From Lytechinus pictus (taxonomy: Eukaryota): DNA of 64,000 nt. Under the pieces are notes generated by a model. It saw only the letters and a list, made by a program, of their open reading frames with translations, did no database searches and was not told the origin of the DNA. Position numbers and translations under genes: made by a program. The stretch lies in assembly GCF_037042905.1 (NCBI RefSeq), contig NC_087250.1, positions 14,014,001-14,078,000 of the forward strand, in the 5' to 3' direction. Positions 52,301-64,000 of the stretch are shown piece by piece. Within the stretch, counting starts at the first letter, position 1. The number at the start of each line of letters is the position of its first letter.

Positions 52301-53459
52301 TGATGAGAAGTTAGTTTAGTTGTCAGAGCATTATTTGTCCTGCGTCTAAACTGTCTCCGACTGTTTTAATTCGGAAGGTAGGAGAGACAGAGAGAGAGAG
52401 AGAAATAATTTTAGGTGAGGAATTGTTTAGGTCTCCAGTTACTTAAAACACGATATGGCCCTTTAATCTATAAAATAAGACAAATTTTATGAGAAATGGA
52501 CAATTCTAAGAGCAACATTTTAAAACGCCGATCGGAAAGATCGTATTCACAGCTCATTACGTATATGCATTACACCACGGATGGTTATGCATACCGCTGA
52601 ATAAAATACTTTCGGACGGGCTGCGGACTGACTGGCACTGTAAAACGTACGTTGGATCTACCTCGGCTCGACTCACGATAGCTTGCTCCATGCTACCGAT
52701 GCACGTCGTGTCCGACCAGCGGCCGGGTCCCGCCTTGGGGCCATTGAGTGCAGGCATACCCGCATATATGAATGATGCGATGTAATATCGATGTGGCAGA
52801 TATGGCAAGTTCCGACTCGGAGCATAGTAGAAGTCCGGATCTATTCTAAGTTAGTTGAGCCACATGGCTAATTTGCTTGTTTGTTGTGTTAAAACAGAAG
52901 TCGAGTACATTTTATTTAAGGCACTTGCCGGCTTAAAACGAGGCTCGCATTTCAATTTCATTTTATTTTCCCAGCGTGTTTGTCCCATTGGAGACACCGT
53001 TAGAAAAAGAATAGCACCGAAATAAAAAAATTGCCAAAATCCAAAACCCGAGTGATTTCGAACGCGACGCGAGTGATTACGAACCCGAGTGTTTATAATA
53101 AGCCCTTAAAAAGTGTTTATTTTGGGGCCCCGTATTAAACACGAAGTATAGCGATTAATCGCTAACTTGAATTAAACAAAAAACAATTCTGATTTGATTC
53201 CCAGTCAGTCTACTGAGCAGAATGCGAATGCAACGATCATCTTGACAGCAGCCAAATTTAGCGATTAATCGCTAACCTTTGTATTGTGCTTCCTTACCCT
53301 TGAATCGCCAAACTTCTGTTCACACCAAGCAGTGAAATACTTCTCAGCCTTAGCATCCTTCTCAGGATGCTTGCAGTACACACGTATGTAGCGCTCCAAA
53401 AAAGTCCCTAGAAGCATTTGTGACACCTGATAATCAATGACACATAATTAACCAAAATG

Positions 53460-53875
53460 CGTTATTATGGATATATTTCTGAGAACACATGTACCCACAG
53501 TTTCGAATCCAATTTAAGATTTTTTTATTAGTATATCAATGTTTCTATGGACTTGCTTCTTCATACTTAAATGATTTAGTCACTGCGTATAAGCCAACTT
53601 GTAATTTACGTTCACAAAGCATGAATTTGTTAGTCGTACCTCAAATATCAAAAAAATCCTATGGAGAACGTTCATTTGCTCATGAAGTCCCTGAAAATGA
53701 TCGATTCAGTCAACAAACTCAAAACAGGTCTTAAAACAACCTTATTCAAATTGTACCTAGCTTCAACAAAATGAACTCATCAACACTTTTCTTCCTCTCC
53801 TTTGTTTTCTCAAGCGCATAGAGACTTTTTGTTATGTCTAATGCGCGATTAAAAAACTGACCATTATTATTATTC
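53460..53875 (+). pseudogene. L2 LINE 3' end fragment
   Basis: RIQFKIFLLVYQCFYGLASSYL...NLRS...YGERSF, then a GCGCATAGAGAC...ATGCGC stem and (ATT)n tail. Confidence 0.8.
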
Positions 53876-55003
53876 GTTGCAAATCATTTTTGAATAATCC
53901 ATAGTAAATTAAGCGTACTGTGACAAACTTTTGCTGGTATTAAATGAAACAAATCTTTCAAGTGACTGAAATAACGTACATTAACCCCCCCCCTGCACAC
54001 AACTTGAAGTAGAATACATGGAACTTGAGTATTTCGCACAAATAATGATGATATCAAGTCATGTTTGTTATATTGATTATGAAAATACCGTGATTTTCTT
54101 ATTTACGAGATAACTGGATATATTCATTTGATTTGCTAGTTCATTACGATTAACTTGCATGCCGAATAATAGTACACAATTTTTCTTGCGCGCGCGGGCT
54201 GCATCTCCCTATGTACGCACTATCCCTAGATCATCGCGCACATTGGCGCCCATTTCCTCTTATGAGCCTGAACGTATGTTGCCAGGCAAGGCGAGCGGCC
54301 GGTGGGAGGGTTCAAATGAATATATCCAGTTATCTCGTAAATAAGAAAATCATCCCAGGACCGAAATCCAGTTGAAACCAATTAGAGCTAAACCAATTGA
54401 AACCAGTTGGCCAACTGGTTTCAATAGGGAAATTGGAACAACTGGTTCCAATTGAAACCAGTTGCCAATTGGTTCCAGTTAAAACCAATTGGGCAACTGG
54501 AACCAGTTGGCAATTGGTTTCAATTTGTTCCAGTTGAAACCAATTAGGCAACTGGTTTCAATTGGTTCCAGTTGTTCCAATTTCCCTAATAAAACCAGTT
54601 GAATCCAATTGGAGGAAACTGGTTTCAATTGGTTCCAGTTGAAACCAATTGGAGACGACTGGTTTCAATTGGAACCAGTTGAAACTAATTGGTTTCCAAT
54701 TGGAACTTTCAGTTGGAATGATGTTGTTGTTTGTTGGAAATTAATGGCGACCAGTCATATTTGACTATTACCGCCAACTCGTTAGACCAATGAACTTAAT
54801 TAGTTACAAATTAATTAGCATTTGCACTAACTATATTGCTCATGCCAACACAGAAGCAGTGCAACATGTCTATTTATACCAATGTAAAGGGCATTGATAA
54901 AATAAACTTTCATATGTATATACTTGTATGTGTGTGTGTATTTGAGTTTTGTCAGACGTGTATCAATCAGATATGATTATTTACGTCTGGGACCGACCCT
55001 TAA

Positions 55004-55593
55004 AGGAGAAGGAAACTCTTGGAGCAAGTTAGCTTTTGTGAAAGCAGAAAAATCAAAGAATAAGATCAACAAAAGTTTGAGTAAAATAGGACTAGCAATA
55101 GAAGAGTTATGAGCATTTGAATGTCGAGATCACTAATGCTATGGAGATCCTCCCATTGGCAACGCGACCAAGATCTATAATGTCACAGATGAACAACTCT
55201 CCCCGTTTGGACACTGAAAATATACCCCAAAACATCTCTTTTTGCTCATTCTAATCATATGACAAACGATTCATCAATGATATCATGTTGTGAAACCTCT
55301 GTACTTGTCCTCTCATAAAGAGAACACCTCACCTTGTGATAGACTCTATAAAAGTGAGAATATAAGTGAAATAAGTACTAAAGTAATGAGGGAGTTGTAC
55401 GTGTGTGACATCACAGATCTTGGTCGCATTGCCAATGGGAGGAACTACATGTACATGGCATTAGTGATCTCGATATTCAAATGCTCATAACTTTCTTATT
55501 ATTCATTCAATCTTCCTCAAACTTTCAACAATATGTTTCTTTGATTTTTCTCTTTGATATGGATTTAGCTGGTTTCAAGGGTTTCATTCTCGT
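55004..55593. mobile_element. Kolobok-like MITE (same family as 48310-48890, inverted)
   Basis: TTAA TSD and near-identical sequence. Confidence 0.85.
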
Positions 55594-56083
55594 TTAACGT
55601 CACCATCCGAAAGACGTGACCAGGGCTCGAACCTCGAACTTCTGCATCAATTTGTAACTTCCCCACAGCTTGGATTACAGGCGCACGCCACAACGCCCAG
55701 TCAACTTGTATGAAAGATCTTCAAGATCTTCAAATATAATGTATTTGTATTTGATGTAATTTGGTAAAAGTTAGTGGTGTACTAATTATCTTATAATCTG
55801 TTTTAATTATAATCTAAAACATTTATGAACATGGTTTTCACTGCTAAGTATTCTAAACACTTATCTGAAACAAGTATGGTACTTGACATGGAAAAATATT
55901 AAATAGATACATTGTAAATGATGATGAATCACATAAAACATTAATCTGTCCACACTGGCATATAATATGCAAATTAACTGGTTTTAATTGGAACCAGTTG
56001 GGCAACTGGAAAATTTCCAATTGGAAACCAATTGGAAGTCATTTTCAGTTACCCAACTGGATCCAGTTAGGATTTCCAGTTAC

Positions 56084-57166
56084 CAGTCAGTCGGCAAGCC
56101 CTGAAAAAGCAGCTTCTTTTATCCAAGTGATATTCATGACTAGAGGGTTTTTGCATTGTTAATGAGCTTGGTGCGGACCAAAACACCTCTTTTTATTCGG
56201 CCATTGCTGCTCTAAATATTTACAAAATTTCATGTTTTTGGTATCTTTGTAAAGCAGGAGAATCATTCTTTCAGGTCATGTGTTTGGATTTTTAAAAGAA
56301 TTTTGTAATATAGGAAAAACTTTTGATCTAAAACATGAAACAAAATAATTATTTTCATGCAACAAAAGTTGTTGTTTTCAAACTTGATTTCTGTTGGAGC
56401 ACAAATGATTTTTAAATTATGATAAAGCTGAAGATCTAAGCTTTAATATGATATAATCTGTATAAGAAAAAGTATTTTAGATGGGTCAGCAGCCAGCTTT
56501 TTATTGGCCAAGTATATTTAGCAGCTCAAAAATAAGAATACTGCGCTCTGATTGGTCATAGAGACCACACACCCACGCAAATTCCAATTTTCCCACACTG
56601 GGCCTCTGCAAGGTCACATTCACCATGTGGCAATCTCTTCAAATTACCCGCGCCTGTTTGTTTTGAAAACAGTATTCGGCCAATCAGAACCCTGGATTTT
56701 ATGCAACTCAGAAATTTCAGAAATCTCGTCTTGCATTTTGGTGGAAAAAGCTGGCTGCTGACCCATCTAAAAGATGCCACATATCAAGGGTGACATTGTA
56801 AGAAAGCATAGAGTTTGAGCTTTCTGATGATATAAATAATGTTTGTGCCTAAAACACATGATGTTGCACAATTTGCAAGTGAAAACAGAGGAAGAAAATT
56901 CTGTTTGAGGCATCTTTACAGGTCAAAATTTCACTTATTTATCAAAATATTTTATTCAAAAGAAATAACCAATATAAAAGAGTAACATTTACTCTTTCCC
57001 ATGGGACAAAAATAATCAATATTACTCAAGGTGAAAGTGGTTAAATTCTTTGAGAAAGAAAGTCTCACAATTCACGACATTTTGCAGGGACATGAATTTA
57101 GCCACGAGAGGACTTGGATAAATCTTGCTCATTTGCTAATTAACACAGGGGCTTGCAGACTGACTG
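56084..57166. mobile_element. Unclassified TIR element with 4-bp TSD
   Basis: TTAC-CAGTCAGTCGGCAAGCCC ... GGGCTTGCAGACTGACTG-TTAC. Confidence 0.75.
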
Positions 57167-57636
57167 TTACCCAACTGGTTCCTGTTATGATTTCCAGTTA
57201 CCCAACTGGTTCCAGTTAGAAATTATTTCCAGTTGGAAGTCATTTCCAGTTACCCAACTGGTTCCAGTTATAAATTATTTCCAGTTGGAAGTCATTTCCA
57301 GTTACCCAACTGGTTCCAGTTAGATATTATTTCCAGTTGGAAGTCATTTCCAGTTACCCAACTGGTTCCAGTTGGGATTTCCAGTTGCCCAACAGGTTTC
57401 AATTGGTTTCAACTGGAAATTGTTATATTCCAGTTAAAACCAATTGAAAACCAGTGAAAACCAATTGAAACCAATTGAAAATCCAACTGGTTTCAATTGG
57501 ATTTTGGTCCTGGGACGGTAAATATTTTCATAATTTACCGTCAATAACTGGGATATATTCATTTGATTTGCTAGACCAACACGGACTCAATCATGACGGG
57601 AGGCATGTCTAGAAAAAGAAAGTGCGCACAATGAAA

Positions 57637-58660
57637 TTAGGGAAATAAAGACACGGAGGCCGCTGCCTGAAGGGCAGCAGAGGCGAAAGAAGCCTTACCC
57701 GAAGGGAGGTCCTTTAAGTAAGAGGTGAAGGAATTAGGAGAGCGCCAAAAGCCGGCTCTCAAGATGTCGTCTAAAGCGACTCCATTGAAGAGGGCCCAAG
57801 AAGTAGCGATACTTCTAGTATCATGGGCCCTAGGCCTATATAGTGTCAGTAAGGAGAGCATTATTACCAGCTGACTTGATTGCCTCAACGATCCAGCGTG
57901 ATATGGTGTCCCGAGAAGTTGCCGTAAACGGCTCGCGCGACGCGACAAACAACTGATCAGAGTTGCGAATAGTCTTAGTCCTGTCTAGATACCACTTCAG
58001 AGCCCGGACTGGGCACCAAACCTTGTCCTGTGTGACCGAGGAAAGGTCTGAAAGTGGGGCTAGAAAAAACTCAATATAACCAGAAGAAGCAGTCTGGTTC
58101 TTGGTAATTAAAGAAGGCTTCAGAATCAAGCGGACTCCAAGCCGCTCCCACCTGATGTGACCGGGTGTGATACACAGAGCATGTATGGAGCTGCGTCTTT
58201 GACCAGACGCCACAGCGATGAGAAACGCTGTCTTAATAGATGAGTTGAGCAAAGAGGTCTTGGCCAGAGGCTCAAAAGGAGGCTTGGCCAGAGCGTTAAG
58301 AACAGCCGGAAGACTCCAAGAAGGAGCTAGACTCTTCTTCGGTGGTCGCTTGAGAAAAAAAACGCTCTCATCAGTCTGGTGAGAAGACTGGAATTAGAGA
58401 CGTCGGAGCCATCCGGGAAACCAGAATAAAACGTGGCAATAGCTGACCGGAAACCCCTGATGGTCGAAGGCTAACGACCGTTGTCAAAAAGATGGACAAA
58501 GAAGTTCGCGATCGTGGCAATAGAAGCCTTGCGAGGGTCGAAAGACCGCGTGGAGCACCAATCAGAGAATTGTCCAAGACGAGAACTGTAAAGGCCAATT
58601 GTCGATTCTCTTCGACTCTGACCAACTGAAAAGCACGATCAGAAAGACCTAGTGCTTTTA
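57637..58660 (-). pseudogene. Tyrosine recombinase (third DIRS), frameshifted
   Basis: GQRRSSIHAL, TKNQ, CPVRALKWY, AHDTRS, GFWRSPNSFTSYLKD. Confidence 0.9.
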
Positions 58661-61295
58661 CATCTTGCCCGATAACGGCCATACGGTTAGATGGAGGGCC
58701 ACTGGCCGGAGATGCCAGATTCCTGACAGAGGCTGAGACACTAAGTCTGGCCTCAGAGGAAGAGTGAGTGGTTCCCCTTCCAACAGTTGTAAAAGCTGTG
58801 GGAACCAATACCTTCTCGGCCACTCGGGAGCTACTAGAAGGAGCCAAGCATGATCTTTCTTCACTTTCCTCAACACTTGCGGAATCAGAGGGAAAGACGG
58901 AAACGCATAACACCTCCGACCCCCCCCCCCCCCCTGTGGAGGGAGAACGCATCCAGGAAGGTGGCTTCTGTTTCGTTCACACGAGAACAGAACACCGGTA
59001 GCTTCCAATTGAGAGTTGTGGCCCCCAACGGGATTGGATTGACACGAAAACACCTCCGAGTGAAGTGACCATTCGGAGGGAAGACACCGGCTCCGAAAAA
59101 ATCGGCTATCAGGTTGTCTCTGCCTGGAATGTAGGAAGCGACCGGGACGATCTTCGCCCGGCGGCACCACCTCCAAAGCTCCGCAGCACGAGCATTGAGA
59201 GAGCTCGATCAGGTACCGCCCTGGCGTTTATGTATGCCGCAACCGATCTGTTGTCCGTGCGGATCAGAACCGTCCGGCCCACTAGCCTGTGTCGAAAATG
59301 CCAAAGAGAGTTGAGGGCAGCCCTCATCTCCAGCACATTTATGAGGTAAGGTGTGCTGGGACGACCAAACACCCGAGACCATCTCCCCCGCACAATGACC
59401 GCCCCATCCCGTAAGGCTGACGGGAGGGTGATGCAGAAGGGTTTGCCCCGCGCCACGAAGGACGCCCGGGTCCAGGCAGACAGGCTGAGGCGGATCTCTC
59501 GGGAGAGAGGGATCCGTAGATGTAGATAGTCTGTGCTCGGTCTGTAATAGCGCAAGAGTGGTGTCTCTGGAAAGGTCTCATAAGTAGGCGACAATCTGAG
59601 CGGATGTCGACGAGACTCGCCATGAAACCGAGTAGCCTTAGCTTGTGCGAGCTCTCACAAAACTGCGCTCTTTGAGAGAGCGAAGCAGATTAACTATTGC
59701 CTGAACTCTTTCGGGGCTTGGTCGAAAGGGTTTGGTAGGTCTCGAACCGCGCCCAAGTATGTGGGTACGCGGGAGGGCGAGACATCCGACTTTTCCCAAT
59801 TCACTACGAATCCTAACTCCTGAGTCACCCTCAGGAAAAGGGACAAGTGAGAGACAGGGGCGTCGATCCATTTTTCAGATGGGGGGGGGGGGGCAAAATC
59901 ATGAATCAACGTTCCAAAGGCGCTCGATCACACAAAACGAACAAACTCACCCACACACATCCCTACACACACACACATAGGCCTAGATCTATATTTTACA
60001 TATGCATATGTATATATGACTCATGAAAAAGAGACACATATCTCACCAACACATGAAATTTTTTAGTATTCTGACATGAAAACAGGAAAAAAGGCACCTG
60101 TTTAGGACTGTTTGTAGTAACTCAAGAGGAGGATAGATACGTGTATCTCACTATACAGATAATGCGATTGCCGAGAGCGAGCTGAAAATTCTTTATATTC
60201 TGACCTAAAAGCTTGATATTCTAAGCATTTTGGTACCAATGATTAAGATGGGTATCGAAAAGAACAATAGATGCGAACGTGAAGCGTGAGCTGAAAATTT
60301 TTATATTTCGATCTGAAAAAAAACCACGACAGTTTAATTGACGTTTTTTAATGAAGAACGAGATATATATCTAACAAAAGATTATTGCAAATCGAAGCGG
60401 GAGTTCTTTAGAGATTTAAAACTGAAAACGGGACATTCTATTCACCTATTTGATCATTAAAATCATGGGTTTTTGCTACAGAAATGATGCGAGCGCGAAG
60501 CGCGAGCTGAAAATTTTTATTTTCCAATCTGAAAAGCGGACATTTTGAGCACGATTATAAATTAATAACGAATTGGTATCTCAATCTCACTTGCTGATTT
60601 TCGTGTAACAATATTTTCATTGGTGGGGCGATCGCCCCCCTGCCCCCCCCCCCAGGATCGACGCCTCTGGCACTGAGAGAGAAGTTTGGTTTCTGAATCG
60701 GCGACCAGTAACCAGTCGTTTGGATATACGAAGTCTTATACATCGCTTCCTCAGGTGGGCGGCCACTGCAGTGACCACTCGAGTGAAGACTCTGGGCGCC
60801 GGACGTAAGCCGAAAGGCATGGCCCGATAATCGGTAAGTGGTATCTCGAAACCGATAACCCAACAGATCTCAAGAGGCGGGATGGATGGGGATATGGAAA
60901 TAGGCGTCCCGAAGATCGAGAGAGACGGCCCAGTCTGACGCCTGAACTGACGGTATGATTGACGCCAGAGTTTCCATGCGGAAGTGATGTGGCTTGATGA
61001 ATGCATTGATCACTTTCATGTTCAATACATGTAGATACTTTTAGGAGCAGTGAACGAGAACGACGTAGCAGTCGTCTGTTCGTTCGAGTCGACGTCGTCG
61101 TCTGCCCATCGCTCTCAACTTCCCCGAGCGCTTGGGGACAACGAAAATGGGAGACAAAGATGTGGATTGTCTGGTACTCTCTCTATTGCATTCTTTTTCA
61201 GAAGTGCATCGATTTTTGATTCGATGTATTGCTGGTGAAGAATATGAACGGTCGGTGGAGCGATTCGAATCGCACCGTGAGGGAAGGCCTCTATT
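58658..61295 (-). pseudogene. RT/RNase H/methyltransferase remnants (third DIRS), interrupted at 59855-60669
   Basis: LLKKNAIE, YRAMPFGLRPAPRVFTR, ELGFVVNWEKS, INVLEMRA, RTDNRS, CYAFP, APEWPRRYWF. Confidence 0.88.
59855..60669. mobile_element. hAT-like non-autonomous element with GCGAAGC-motif interior
   Basis: CAGGGGCGTCGATCC / GGATCGACGCCTCTG. TGAGAGA occurs on both flanks but is offset by 4 bp on the right. Confidence 0.7.
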
Positions 61296-62539
61296 TGCTG
61301 ACTATCGAACCTTCGGAACAACGAACCTTATTTCGTTTTCGGATTAATGAACATCGAGGTATGGGCAATTTACGTGTTTCGGAATTACGAACCTTCGGAA
61401 TAAAGAACCTTCGGAATTACGAAGTGTAACCGGATTTTGAACATGTTCAAAGTTCAGATGCGACCAGTCACGAACACCTCCGACCACTTCGAGTTCGTGC
61501 GATCGTCTACAACGATTGCGAGTGCTCGCAAGACACCAAGAGATCGATCGTGCAACAACAAGAAAAAACTGTTGCAGGCGGTCGTAAACAGGTCAATTGT
61601 GAAAGGGGCTTTAGAGCAACACGCTTGTGTGTTGCTGCCCTCTAAGTTCGTTGGTAAAATCATTCATGCCCTGTGCATGATTTTTAGAGGCACAAACCCT
61701 ACGCGCCGCATACGCACAGCATCTAGGTCGGGTCTTTGACCAGTCCAGATTGGACCTTGGTGTTTGGAAGTTTCCTCTCCTAAAGCTAACATAGAGGGCA
61801 AATGTCTCCCAATGTGATTCTAGGACATCCACCCCCTTAGGACAAGTACCCCCTAGGAAAAGTTCCCCCGTGGACATCTACCCCCGGACATCTACCCCCC
61901 GGACATTTACCTCCCCCCCCGGACCCGTTTGATGCGAGCGCGAAAAATTGAAAAAGAAAAATTGAGATTTAGACCAAATAGGGGATACTCTCAGGCGCGG
62001 ATCCAAGATTTCATGGGGAGGGGGGCCAAAATTTGACCTGATTTTTGGCGCCCATGTGTACTTTTCGAAAAATGGCGCCCCCTCCCTCCCGGCCATGCTA
62101 TCTTAAATGTAACTTAAATGTATTTTGAATTATCTTATTACATAATCACGTTTAAAAAAAAGGCAATTAAAGACCACTTTTTTAATGTGTTCTTGATAAA
62201 AAATCCATGAATATAATGTAATATCAATGGGAGCGCGAAGCACGAGCGATTTTTGGGGGTCTCAATTTGGTTTAACTTCTCACCAGAGTAGTCCCTACTA
62301 GAATATTGTGTGAACGGGAGCTGATAACGTCTTGGGAATAATGCAATCTCGAAGCAATCGACTCAATCTCCTCATCAGTGGCGAAGCTGTGATTTATTCA
62401 GCAGGGTTGCACGGGGGGGGGGGGGGGGGGCTTGTCTAACTTTTTGTAGAGGGCACCAAGATAAAAAAATAAATAAAATGGGGGGTAGAAGTTAAAGACA
62501 TTCCGAAATTTTATTCTTAAAAACACATTGAGGTATCTC

Positions 62540-64000
62540 ACAAAGCCTAAATATATAATGATAACGCGAAGCGCGATATATTTGACATAATATTTGGAAT
62601 ATAATATTATGTTTCACCATAATCCCTTTCCTTTTTTTTTTTTTTTGGGGGGGGGGGGCAAAACGCCCATGTCCTAACAATCCTAGCTTTACTTTATAAA
62701 CAACATTAATGTGCAATAATCTCATAAACCCTATGCGAGATTAAAAAAAAAATTTTTCATGTATTTTGACCTGAAAATTTAACATTCTTGGCAATGTTTG
62801 TGAACCTGAACAAGATGCGTATGTAACTAGATAATTACTACGAGCGCGAAGCGCGATCAGAAATTTTTAATGTGCGTTCTGGCCTGGTCGAATAGGGACC
62901 TGTTAAGGAAGTTTTGCAGTTAGCCATTAAGACGATACATATTTCAACGATTAAATAATGCGAGCGCGAAGCGCGAGCTGAACATTTTTGATATCCCAAC
63001 CTAAAAAATTAGATTTCAAGCCCCCAACGGGACACTCGATCATGTTTTGTCACTCATGAAAAATGATGGGTAGTTTTGGGTATCTTCCTACATTAATAAT
63101 GCGAGCGCAAAGCGCGAGCAGAAAATTTTTGATATTCTGATCTGAAACTGGATAATTTTAGCACGTTTTGAATAAGATCAAGATGCGTATCTCGATAAAC
63201 ATGCGTGCACGTATTTTAGAGTTAGACAGAATCTGGGCATTCTGAATACATTTCATTTTTCATCATGAAAATCAATAATGCGAGCGCAGATCGCGAGCTG
63301 GAAATAATATTTGAAATTCCGATATGGAATGGGTCAATTTAAGCAATATTTAAAGCACTGTGTATATAGGGGAATTGTGAAGTGGATGTGGAAAGCACTT
63401 AATAAATGATGCGAGCGCGAAGCGCGAGCTGATATTTTATTATTATTTTAAACTAGGATCGAGAAATTTTAGGCCTAAGGACATTTTGTCATTATATAAA
63501 TATGATGCTTATCTTTTTATTCCTCTTCCTAAAACTTGTCGATATTTTTTTCTGAAAAGGGACAATTTAGTTATGAATTCATATTTTTTTTAATTTCATA
63601 TTTATTAATCTAATAAGCCTAATGAGTGCGTGAAATTTGTTGACAGTGCATGAGGCCTGAAAAACTGGATATTTTTTGTAATCATGAACAGGATTCATGG
63701 GTTGATACATTTATAGCAAATAATGCGAGCGCAAATCGCGATCCGAAATTTGTAAATGGGGGGAATTCAAGTAGTTTGTTATAGAATATATAGGTACAGT
63801 GGCGTACCGTGGGTCACGGCATTGGGGGAGGGGGGGGGGCACCACCACAAATTTGGTGTCACTTAGGGAGCGCGCTCAGTTGCCAGGTATACTGACCTAA
63901 TAGAGACATTTTAAGGACATGCAATGCCATTAAACGGATAAGTATATCACTGATTAAATAATGCGAGCGCGAAGCGCGAGCTGAAAATTTTTGATATTCA
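62540..64000 (+). mobile_element. Further copies of the GCGAAGC-motif element family
   Basis: 62540-63790 is colinear with 18520-19950. A new CAGTGGCGTA-headed copy starts at ~63797. Confidence 0.7.

Larger units (their letters stand above)
39331..53104. mobile_element. Long-TIR non-autonomous Mutator/foldback-like element with nested insertions
   Basis: Left arm (39331-~49080 minus insertions) is reverse-complementary to the right arm (~50750-53104 minus insertion). 9-bp TSD CTTAAAATG / CTTAAAAAG. No transposase seen. Confidence 0.8.
54354..57514. mobile_element. CCCAG-ended DNA transposon (animal EnSpm/CMC-like), non-autonomous, with CCAGTT/AACTGG subterminal repeats
   Basis: CCCAGGACCGAAATCCAGTTGAAACCA / TGGTTTCAATTGGATTTTGGTCCTGGG, flanks AT / AC (possible decayed 2-bp TSD). 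Splits the ICR. Confidence 0.8.
54076..61300 (-). mobile_element. Third DIRS1-type copy, 5'-truncated (no gag or left ITR seen)
   Basis: Right terminus ATTATGAAAATACCG, ICR 54312-54353 + 57515-57573, YR, MT, RNase H and RT remnants homologous to the inner copy. Confidence 0.9.

Noticed and set aside
54190..54310. HDV-like ribozyme suggested by a TTCCTC loop and nearby hairpin in the DIRS ITR
   Set aside because: P2 and P1.1 pairings could not be built by eye, and the putative P3 is not conserved in the other two copies.

Overview
Repeat-saturated eukaryotic (animal) DNA with no intact host gene visible; the repeat repertoire looks like a marine invertebrate, probably a sea urchin (inference). 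The main structure is a cluster of three diverged, same-orientation (minus strand) DIRS1-type tyrosine-recombinase retrotransposons. A structurally complete but frameshifted copy (28514-35272: inverted terminal repeats (ITRs), internal complementary region (ICR), gag, RT/RNase H/methyltransferase, YR) sits inside the 5' leader of an older DIRS copy (~22561-36804). A third, 5'-truncated copy (54076-~61300) has its ICR split by a CCCAG-ended DNA transposon. A 13.8-kb long-TIR Mutator/foldback-like element (39331-53104) holds a multi-level nest: a HINE, a Tc1-like MITE containing a near full-length L2/CR1 LINE, a Kolobok-like MITE and a hAT-like MITE. The rest is foldback elements built from tandem subunits, MITEs, a tRNA-derived SINE, LINE fragments, a minisatellite, arrays of GCGAAGC hairpin motifs, a tandem unit carrying a tRNA-like sequence, and three possible spliced non-coding exons. 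Nothing proves a new biological system. The best leads are the DIRS-in-DIRS nesting with conserved cis motifs, the tRNA-like tandem unit, and the periodic mini-hairpin arrays. All alignments were done by eye, so boundaries may be off by a few bases.
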